In this document: in pieces, positions 20,145 to 27,046 of the stretch
Layout: every line of letters starts with the position of its first letter
Numbering within the stretch: position 1 is the stretch's first letter
Source of the DNA: a virus
Lineage: Duplodnaviria > Caudoviricetes
Length of the DNA: 40,023 nt
IMG/VR virus record: IMGVR_UViG_3300009678_000034
Coordinates: 1 to 40,023 of that record
Strand: one strand, 5' to 3'
The notes under the pieces: generated by a model
What the model saw: the letters and a program-made list of their open reading frames with translations, nothing else
Database searches by the model: none
What the model was told of the DNA's origin: nothing
Made by a program: the position numbers and the translations under genes

Positions 20145-20559
20145 GCCTCGCCATGTCTAGCCGTGCCGAACCAAGCCGAGCCAAGCCCCGTTCCGCCTTG
20201 CCGCGCCCGGCCGCGCCTGACCCTGCCATGCCTTGCCATGCCCCGCCTTGCCAGGCCATGCCTTGCCTCGCCGCGCCTAGCCCTGCCACGCCGTGGAAGG
20301 CCGAGCCGTGCCGCGCCGCGCCATGCCCTGCCTTGCCTCGCCAGGCCGTGCCACGCCTTGCCCTGCCACGCCTCGACTCGCCCCGCCGTGCCTCGCCGTG
20401 CCACGCCCGGCCACGTCCCGCCAAGCCTGGACTCGCCACGCCTTGCCTGGCCAGGCCAGGCCGCGCCTTGCCATGCCTCGCCTTGCCATGTCTCGCCCTG
20501 CCGAGCCTCGCCCTGCCGTGCCCGGTTGCACCTCGGCCTGCCGCGCCGCGCCTCGCCTA
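20145..20559 (-). ncRNA. Array of 83 in-phase NN-GGY pentamers; putative guide RNA (vrRNA-like)
   Basis: 415 bp with no indel. The constant triplet is GGC x71, GGT x3, other x9; the dinucleotide is variable. The array starts at the stop codon of the RAMP-like gene. The repeat is certain; the RNA function is inferred. Confidence 0.75.
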
Positions 20560-21186
20560 GGAAACCTTGAAGGCCACCAACATGAATCGGCCGTAGGTCG
20601 GTCTGAAATTTCCGATTCCGACCAGCCTGCCGGTCTCGCTGATCAGCTGGTTGAGCAGCCCGGGGCTGATGTACTCGGGCAGCAGCACCTGGAAGTCGAA
20701 GCTGACCTTCCAGCCCGGCTTGAAGGCCGGCCGCGTGCGCGTCACCCGGGCATTGTTGAGCCCGACGCCGCGCTTGTCCTCATAGTCCCAGGTGGTCTTG
20801 CCCAGGCTGGCGAGCTCGGTCAGCGCCACGACGCCGGCGGTCACCATGTCCATCGCCATCTTGCGCTTGCTGCGCGGGTCCTGGTGCGAGCGGGCCGACT
20901 CGATGATGCCCTGGCGCAGGTACTCGCCCGGGACGCAGATCTCGTTCGCGTCGTTGCGCCAAACGTAGGCCTCGCAGTCGTCGGTGGTCTTCATCTCCGA
21001 GCCCTTGGGGGCCGCGTTGCGGGCCTCGACGTAGTCCGGGTTGTAGCGGTGGAACAGGAAGGCCGCGGTGCCCTCGATGGTCACCTGCGCGATGTAGGGC
21101 TTGCCGTTCTGGATCGTGGTCTTGCCGGCGTTGGTCGGCACCTCGCCGCCGATCTCGGTGATCTCGGCCTTCTTCTTGCGTGGCAT
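20557..21186 (-). CDS. Stand-alone RAMP/Cas7-like protein (Vipr-like putative RNA-guided effector)
   Basis: 209 aa. N-terminal strand VTIEGTAAFLFH, ICVPGEYLRQGI (cf. RAMP 'IPGSSLKGAL'), and C-terminal Gly-rich loop GRLVGIGNFRPTYGRF (cf. 'GIGxxRxxGyGrf'). No other cas gene or CRISPR array is present. Confidence 0.72.
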   Translation of the reverse strand: MPRKKKAEITEIGGEVPTNAGKTTIQNGKPYIAQVTIEGTAAFLFHRYNPDYVEARNAAPKGSEMKTTDDCEAYVWRNDANEICVPGEYLRQGIIESARSHQDPRSKRKMAMDMVTAGVVALTELASLGKTTWDYEDKRGVGLNNARVTRTRPAFKPGWKVSFDFQVLLPEYISPGLLNQLISETGRLVGIGNFRPTYGRFMLVAFKVS

Positions 21187-21207
21187 CTCGGTTCTCCAGG
21201 TTGAGGC

Positions 21208-21612
21208 TCAGCGGATCTCGAAGCCGCCGCAGTCCTTGAGGAAGTTCACCCACTCCTGGAAGTGGTCGAGCTCGAGCACGTACCAGGTCTCATACGGCCG
21301 CATCTTCGTCATGACGCCGCCGGGGCCGGGACGCTCCTCGTCGGGCATGGCGTCAAGCGCCGCCCGCCTGACCGCGAGCAGCACCGCCAGCTTGCCGCTG
21401 TCGATCAGGTGCTGCAGCACCTTGGCGAGGCGCTGGCTGTGCTCGTCGTCAAGCCCGTCGCCATCGTTGTAATGCCAGCCTTTGCAAGGCTCGCAAATGC
21501 GCGGCGCCACCTCCTGACAGAGGATCGCGATCGGGCGCCAGCTCCAGACGGAAGCGAGGAAGTACTCGCCCGCCTTGCTGCGCGGCGCCTTGCCGTAGAC
21601 GTCCATGCCCAT
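21208..21612 (-). CDS. Hypothetical protein
   Basis: MGMDVYG...GEYF...WSWRPI...FLKDCGGFEI; GGAG RBS. Confidence 0.7.
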   Translation of the reverse strand: MGMDVYGKAPRSKAGEYFLASVWSWRPIAILCQEVAPRICEPCKGWHYNDGDGLDDEHSQRLAKVLQHLIDSGKLAVLLAVRRAALDAMPDEERPGPGGVMTKMRPYETWYVLELDHFQEWVNFLKDCGGFEIR

Positions 21613-21664
21613 AGTTTTTGCTCCAAAAGGTCCGAGTACGTTCGACGGAGCGGGGTCTCCGACC

Positions 21665-21814
21665 TTAGTAGCAGTTGACGGTGCAGTGATTGCCGAAGCA
21701 GCAGCTCTGGCAGATCACCACGCGGTTGCCCACCCACACCGTACTGGTCGTGCACGCGGCATAGGCGGCGGTGGTGGCGGCGAGCAGCAGCGCTGCCGCG
21801 AGCAGGATCTTCAT
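21665..21814 (-). CDS. Small secreted six-Cys peptide
   Basis: MKILLAAALLLAATTAAYA signal peptide plus ACTTSTVWVGNRVVICQSCCFGNHCTVNCY; GGAG RBS; ATGA-coupled. Confidence 0.7.
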   Translation of the reverse strand: MKILLAAALLLAATTAAYAACTTSTVWVGNRVVICQSCCFGNHCTVNCY

Positions 21815-22026
21815 GTGACGGACTCCAGGGCTTCGAGGACACCGGCCTCGGTGATGCGGTAGTTGACGGGGTCGTCGCTGGCGACGGCGCGCGTGGCGCG
21901 CACCGCGAACCAGCGCATGCTGAGATCGTCGGCCCAGCGCTGGGCCTCGGCCTCGGTGGCGAAGCGCACGGCGTTGCCGTACCACTTGCCGGAATCGTCG
22001 GTCTGGACCTCGGGTGCGAAGCTCAT
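21811..22026 (-). CDS. Hypothetical protein
   Basis: MSFAPEVQTDDSGKWYGNAVRFATEAEA...; GGAGG RBS. Confidence 0.7.
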   Translation of the reverse strand: MSFAPEVQTDDSGKWYGNAVRFATEAEAQRWADDLSMRWFAVRATRAVASDDPVNYRITEAGVLEALESVT

Positions 22027-22265
22027 GCGACGCCCTCCTCGCTGTAGCAGCCGTGATGAATGCGGACGTCCGCCAGCAGGCGATTCCACAGCTCCGTGAG
22101 CACGCGCTCGCGCGCCATGCAAGGCTCGGCATCCTCCGGGCAGGCGCACGCCTCGTGGCCGGCGAGCGCCGCGCCGTCATGCAGCGCCTCGACCACGAAG
22201 CGCAGCTCCTGCGGACTCAGCCGCTCGAGCTGAGACAGGAACAGCGGCAGATTCTTGTGGATCAT
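22023..22265 (-). CDS. Hypothetical protein
   Basis: 80 aa; GGAG RBS; ATGA-coupled. Confidence 0.6.
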   Translation of the reverse strand: MIHKNLPLFLSQLERLSPQELRFVVEALHDGAALAGHEACACPEDAEPCMARERVLTELWNRLLADVRIHHGCYSEEGVA

Positions 22266-22468
22266 GGATGGACTCCCGGACGGTAGCTGCCCTGGTGGCG
22301 GCCGCGGGGACGAGCGCCCCGCCCCGCCTTCCAGAGCCAGCGGATGGTGGAAAGCCCGCGGACGAGGTCACCCAGCGTGAGCAGCAGGGACACCGCGTTC
22401 GCGAGCGCAAAAAGATAAGGGCGCGCCAGCTGAAGAGCCGACGCGCCCCACCCGAGCAGATGACTCAC
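22262..22468 (-). CDS. Possible hypothetical protein
   Basis: GTGA overlap with the ssb stop and fills the gap; weak sequence evidence. Confidence 0.35.
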   Translation of the reverse strand: MSHLLGWGASALQLARPYLFALANAVSLLLTLGDLVRGLSTIRWLWKAGRGARPRGRHQGSYRPGVHP

Positions 22469-22908
22469 CAGGGAACGTCGGCGCCGAGCGCGGCGCTGCT
22501 GCCGGCGCTGCCGACGTCGCCGGCGCCGATCTCGCTCTCGTCCGGCACGGACTCGGCCGCCGCCTTGCCGCCGCCGCCGAGCAGCTGGAACTGCCCTCTC
22601 GGGCCGATGATCACTTCCGTGATCCAGCGCTCCACCCCGGAGGGGTCCGTGTACTTGCGCGTGCGGATGCTGCCCTCGACCGCGACCTGCTTGCCCTTCT
22701 TCGCGTAGGGCTCGAGGACCGACACGATCAGGCCCTCGGCGTAGGTCACGATGCGGTGGAAGTCGGCGCGGGTGCGGCGCTCGCCGCTCGCCTTGTCGAT
22801 CCACGAATCATTCGTCGCCAGTCTGAGATTGGCGACCTTGCCGCCGGTGGGGAGCTGGCGGATCTCGGCATCGGCAGTGAGATTGCCGATGAGGGTCACT
22901 CGATTCAT
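22465..22908 (-). CDS. ssb: Single-stranded DNA-binding protein (copy 2)
   Basis: MNRVTLIGNLTADAEIR...FHRIV...KKGKQVAVEGSIRTRKY; tail ADVPW. Confidence 0.95.
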   Translation of the reverse strand: MNRVTLIGNLTADAEIRQLPTGGKVANLRLATNDSWIDKASGERRTRADFHRIVTYAEGLIVSVLEPYAKKGKQVAVEGSIRTRKYTDPSGVERWITEVIIGPRGQFQLLGGGGKAAAESVPDESEIGAGDVGSAGSSAALGADVPW

Positions 22909-22967
22909 TTCGGTTCTCCAGGTTCGTTCGACTCGACGTAAAATCAGGCGGGGTCTTCATCCTCCTT

Positions 22968-23207
22968 TCAGGGTGCAAGGCGAAGGACGAGATCCTCCGC
23001 CGAGTAGACCTTCATGGCGCCGCACGCGGCACAGCGATAGCCGCGGGCATCGGCCTCGCCGACCTCGTGCTCCTCGCCGCAGGCGATGCAGACGCCGAGC
23101 AGCTTCTCCAGCGTCATCGCTTCGACGGCGAGTGCGAGGACGCGCTTCAGTGTCACGCTCTCGTGCAGGCCGACGAGCGCCGGCCTTCGCGTTGCCACGT
23201 CCTTCAT
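22968..23207 (-). CDS. Zn-ribbon protein
   Basis: CIACG...DARGYRCAACGAMKVYS; AAGGAG RBS. Confidence 0.7.
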   Translation of the reverse strand: MKDVATRRPALVGLHESVTLKRVLALAVEAMTLEKLLGVCIACGEEHEVGEADARGYRCAACGAMKVYSAEDLVLRLAP

Positions 23208-23272
23208 GGCAGCGTCTCCTTTGGCTGTGGATAATCTAGATTGGAACGATTACAGACGCACCTGTGCAGGGC

Positions 23273-23623
23273 CTACGGCCTGGGGTGACGCAGCGCATGA
23301 CACGGGCTGCACAGCCACAGGACATCCAGTGGCTTGCTGTAGTCCTCGTGATGCGCCTCGATTCGACCGATGCCGCCACATGTCATGCAGGCCGTTGCGC
23401 GCTGCAGATCGCCGCGTCTCAAAGCTCGCCCGACAGCGCTGCGGACGATCTGCTTCTTCGCGTAATCAGGCGCCTTCTGGCGATTACGCGGCCCACGTTT
23501 CTGAGCACGTGTCGCTGTCCGATGACATTCCTTGCAATATGGATAGAGCCCGTCCTTGCGAGCGCGCTCTCGATTGAAGTCAGCCTCGAATCGCTCTTCG
23601 CCGCACTTGACGCACCGCTTCAT
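23273..23623 (-). CDS. HNH-type (homing) endonuclease with N-terminal Zn finger
   Basis: CVKC...CKEC...CMTCG...IEAHHEDYSKPLDVLWLCSPCHALRH. Confidence 0.8.
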   Translation of the reverse strand: MKRCVKCGEERFEADFNRERARKDGLYPYCKECHRTATRAQKRGPRNRQKAPDYAKKQIVRSAVGRALRRGDLQRATACMTCGGIGRIEAHHEDYSKPLDVLWLCSPCHALRHPRP

Positions 23624-23862
23624 CCCGCACCTCCATGATGGATCGTGCAGGGTTGACTACTATGAGCCAGTTCGCAAGTCTTGCAACTGTACCTTGCAGG
23701 GCTCATTCCGGGCCCTCCGGGCCCCAGGCGCCCAGCTCCCTGCCCGGGAGCGGAACTATCGGGGGGTCCGGGGCGTGCTCCGCCCCGGCTGGAACAGCAG
23801 AAAGGGCGGATGTCGCGGGGGAGGAGTCGTCCCCGCAGCACCCGCCCTCTCGCCTCGCCCGC

Positions 23863-25239
23863 TTACGCCGTCACGGGCGGGGTCTTCTCGGTTTCCGCCG
23901 CCGCCGCTGCCCGAAGGTCCCACACGAAGCAGCGCGGCAGCTTGGCCGCCAGATCCGCCAGGGCCTGCGTCGGCCCGTGCTCGCGCGCACCCGCCAGGAT
24001 GACCGCATGCGGCTGCGCCGCCTGGAGCATCCGTTCGTTGCGCCGGAACGGCCCGGCCTTGCCGTCCTCGGCCTTGAGCTGGAAGCGCACCAGCTGCACG
24101 CCGTTCGCCACCGCGAAGCGGTTGACCTGGGCCGGCACGCCCAGGTCGTAGTCCGTGCTGTAGAGCGTCAGCGCCGGATACTTTGTCAGGACCTGCTGCA
24201 ACCGCTCGACCAGGGCGGGGTCTTCCGTTCCGCCGCCGGCGATCACCACGCGCTGCGTCGCGCGCGGGTCGAGCGGCGTGTAGATGTGCACGGTCTGCAG
24301 GGTCGCCCCCGCCAGCCCCAGGAGGTGCGCCCGGTCGGTCTTGATGCGCTGCGTGGTCTGCCAGCCGGCGCCCACCATGAGCGTGTAGGTTGCACGGGCG
24401 GCGTGGAAGACCTGGAGGTAGAACTCGGCCTGCTCCTGGCGCTCCAGGACGTCCTCCTCGGCGCGCGCGATCGCCACACCGTCGATCTCGCCGCCGACGT
24501 TGCCCTCGGTCAGCTCCTCCAGGCGGTCGCGCGCCGCCCTCTCATCGCGGTCGGCCCGCGCCCAGCGGCGCTCATAGGCCGCGCACGCCGCATCCAGCGT
24601 CTCGGTCACCACGCCGGATCTCATCCAGGCACCGCTTTCGGTGCGCCGCGCCCGGCGCGGCCAGCGGTCGGCCAGGGTGCCGAGCTGCTGGAAGATGTCC
24701 CGCGCCGCGAAATAGACCCCGCGCGCGTCTCGCGGAAACGCTCCGTCCTGGTAGCTCGCCAGAGCGCTCTCCAGGTCGCTCGCCGCCGGGGCCATCGACG
24801 GCTGCTCGGCCAGGCCGCGGGTCTCCGCGGAGCGTGCCGCGACACTGTGCGAAGCCGCCTCGGCGGCGGCGACGTCGGCATAGCGCGCGGTCGCCTTAGC
24901 GCTGGCCGCCTTCTGCTCGGTGGTCGGCGCCAGGAGCTTCTCGATCTGACGCTCCAGCGTCATGGTCGGGACCTGCTGCAGCCCGACGTCGTAGCCGGCG
25001 TCCTTCTTCGCGAAGCGCGTCGGCTGCCGGGTCTTCTGCGTCAGCCACGGGAGCGGCGGCTGCTGCTCCTCCTGGCGCCAGGCGCGCTCGTGCAGCACCT
25101 GCTCGGCGCGGGCGCGCAGCACGCGCTGCTCGCGGGCGGCCTCGCGGATGTACTGCTCGGCGTCGGTGACAAAGGCGAACTGCTGTGTGATGGTTCGCAG
25201 GGTCATAGCGGACTTCTCCAGGGGTTCGTTCATGGCCAA
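23863..25239 (-). CDS. Helical N-terminal domain fused to a C-terminal SLOG (YspA/DUF2493-like) domain
   Basis: RVVIAGGG...FAVANGVQLVRF...GKAGPFRRNERML at the C-terminus; start codon uncertain. Confidence 0.7.
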   Translation of the reverse strand: MAMNEPLEKSAMTLRTITQQFAFVTDAEQYIREAAREQRVLRARAEQVLHERAWRQEEQQPPLPWLTQKTRQPTRFAKKDAGYDVGLQQVPTMTLERQIEKLLAPTTEQKAASAKATARYADVAAAEAASHSVAARSAETRGLAEQPSMAPAASDLESALASYQDGAFPRDARGVYFAARDIFQQLGTLADRWPRRARRTESGAWMRSGVVTETLDAACAAYERRWARADRDERAARDRLEELTEGNVGGEIDGVAIARAEEDVLERQEQAEFYLQVFHAARATYTLMVGAGWQTTQRIKTDRAHLLGLAGATLQTVHIYTPLDPRATQRVVIAGGGTEDPALVERLQQVLTKYPALTLYSTDYDLGVPAQVNRFAVANGVQLVRFQLKAEDGKAGPFRRNERMLQAAQPHAVILAGAREHGPTQALADLAAKLPRCFVWDLRAAAAAETEKTPPVTA

Positions 25240-25284
25240 GGGTCGGGGGAGGGGTCGATCCCTCCCCCTTCCCGCTCTATCCGC

Positions 25285-25779
25285 CTATTGGGGCGGGGTC
25301 TCCATCAAGCTGCAAACCTCCCAAGGCCGGGCCGGCGCCTTGAGCCAGGCCCGCTGCTTCATGAGCAGCTGGCCCAGGACATTGCGGCCCTCGCCGCTAT
25401 GTGCGTCGACGCCCCAGAAGCGGTCGCCCCAGTGGTTGCCTTCGCGCAGCTCGGCATCGCCCGTCGCAAGCAGGCGATCTGCCAGCGGCGTATCGGGGGC
25501 GAACTTGGCCGCGAGCAGGTAATCCATCACCCGCACGCGACACTCGTCCCAATTGGGATCGATCTCGAAGGGGATGGTGCGCGCGAGGCGCTTGGCCTCG
25601 CCCGGCGTGCGCGCCTGCTGGATCGCGTGAAACGCCGGGCAGTCGTCCCAGGCGGCGATCTTCGCGCACTGGTAGGCGTGCTCGACGCTGCGGAAGGTCC
25701 AGCCGGCGTAAATGATGCGCACGAGCCAGAAGTTCGACAGGAAGCGGTGCTCGCCCCTGAATTCGCTGATGATTTCCAT
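25285..25779 (-). CDS. NADAR (YbiA-like) family protein
   Basis: FLSNFW...SVEHAYQCAK...EAKRLAR...AKF...LLATGDAELREGNHWGDRFWG...GRNVLGQLLM. Confidence 0.93.
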   Translation of the reverse strand: MEIISEFRGEHRFLSNFWLVRIIYAGWTFRSVEHAYQCAKIAAWDDCPAFHAIQQARTPGEAKRLARTIPFEIDPNWDECRVRVMDYLLAAKFAPDTPLADRLLATGDAELREGNHWGDRFWGVDAHSGEGRNVLGQLLMKQRAWLKAPARPWEVCSLMETPPQ

Positions 25780-25828
25780 GTGCAGACTCCTCAGGTGGAC
25801 GGGGCGGGCACCATGCCCGCCCCCGATC

Positions 25829-26251
25829 TCAGTCATAGAGCCTCTGTTCGGCCTCGACGCCGGCGTCCCCGTAAGGCCGCCAGACGGGGACGCCCGCCTC
25901 GCGCGCCAGCCGCATCATCATGTGCGTCCCCCGCCCGCCCGGGAACCCAACGACGCCGACCGTGGCGCCCTCGGCCCGGCGCGCCAGCAGCGCCCGCAGC
26001 ATCTCGCTGTTACGCAGGAAGCCCGCCCGGCGGCCGTGCGCCTTCCAGTCGGCGGGAAAGCGATGGCGAGGCAGGCCCATCGCGCTCGCCCAGCAGCCCG
26101 CCAGGGTGTCCGCACCAGCGCAGGTGCCCTCGATGACCTCCAGCCGATGGCCGCGGGCGACCTCCCTCTGCAGTAGGAGCGTCATCGCCTTCTCGACGGC
26201 CTGGCGGTCGGTGTAGGACCGGCCGCCGCACGCAATGACGACAGTGATCAT
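25829..26251 (-). CDS. SLOG-family (YspA/DUF2493-like) protein
   Basis: VIACGGRSYTD...IEGTCAGADTLA...FPADWKAHGRRAGFLRNSEML...FPGGRGTHMM. Confidence 0.88.
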   Translation of the reverse strand: MITVVIACGGRSYTDRQAVEKAMTLLLQREVARGHRLEVIEGTCAGADTLAGCWASAMGLPRHRFPADWKAHGRRAGFLRNSEMLRALLARRAEGATVGVVGFPGGRGTHMMMRLAREAGVPVWRPYGDAGVEAEQRLYD

Positions 26252-26541
26252 CGGGGACCTCCATACCGCCGCTCCAGGGTCTCGACCAGGCTCGGCCGCG
26301 CCGGCGGGGTCTCCGGCTCCCAGGTCGCCGTCATGCCCAGGATCCTGATCGGCCGGGCGGCCGCTGCCCGCCGCCAGGCCCGCGACCAGCGCTCGCGCAG
26401 CCGGCCGGCCTGGTACGCCAACCAGCAGCAGGCCGCCGCCGCCGCCGCCAGAATCACGATGTAGATCAAGAGGTAGAGCGCGAGCATGAGCGTCAGGGCG
26501 GCAAGCAGGATCGCCGCCAGCTTGAGTGCGATGGTCTTCAT
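26248..26541 (-). CDS. Membrane protein; first gene of the early arm
   Basis: Long hydrophobic N-terminal segment; AACCTGGAGA RBS. Confidence 0.55.
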   Translation of the reverse strand: MKTIALKLAAILLAALTLMLALYLLIYIVILAAAAAACCWLAYQAGRLRERWSRAWRRAAAARPIRILGMTATWEPETPPARPSLVETLERRYGGPR

Positions 26542-26597
26542 GGGGACTCTCCAGGTTCGAGGTTCGGGATTTCAAAAAAAAGAACAGATTTCTCAGA

Positions 26598-27046
26598 ATC
26601 TTGAGGGGTCCGTGGGATGGTGGGTGCCATCCCCGAAGCGCTGTGGCCGTTGATACCCACCGCTGCTGTGGCGCAGAAGGGGTCGCCTGGGCTTCATCCG
26701 GGACCAGTTCGGCATCTCCATATGACGGGGCCGTTATGATCCCCCCAAGCCGGGGGACCAGACGAGGGAGGGAGCCCGCTTGGGCGACCGACCGGTCCGT
26801 CAATCTGAATGTGAGGGACAGCCCCCATCCCCCCACTCCCCTGGAACGACCACATTCTGATTGACGGACGGCTGGGCCTCCGGCGCCGTGGGGGTCAGAA
26901 TGGCTTCGTCATAAGGAGGAGACGTCGAGCTGGTCCCCTCCGGATGATGACCAGGCGACTTTGCGCCACCCCCGGCAGCGGCGGGTATCAATGGTCGCGG
27001 CGCTTCTGGAAAGGGGTGGCATCCACCATCCCGCGGACCCCGAGAT
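26598..27046 (+). ncRNA. Long imperfect inverted repeat; putative rod-like structured RNA or ssDNA hairpin
   Basis: Arms ~26598-26813 and 26851-27046 are complementary, and most mismatches are G-U compatible on the + strand. Confidence 0.55.

Noticed and set aside
20145-20559. Interpretation as a CRISPR array or simple microsatellite
   Set aside because: There are no 25-40-nt repeats with spacers and no cas1/cas2. The units vary at two fixed positions without indels, unlike slippage repeats.
20076-20570. Several overlapping Arg/Ala/Pro/Cys-rich ORFs on both strands and the N-terminal extension of ArdC to 20439
   Set aside because: These are by-products of a stop-poor 5-nt repeat. ArdC has its own RBS and start at 20076.
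23226-23234. Perfect DnaA box (TTATCCACA on the - strand)
   Set aside because: A single copy with no box cluster or extended AT-rich unwinding element; not enough to call an origin.
23635-26136. 833-aa + strand ORF and other long antisense ORFs (e.g. 16934-18433, 32353-33915, 37417-39414)
   Set aside because: Antisense shadows of real genes, as expected in high-GC DNA.
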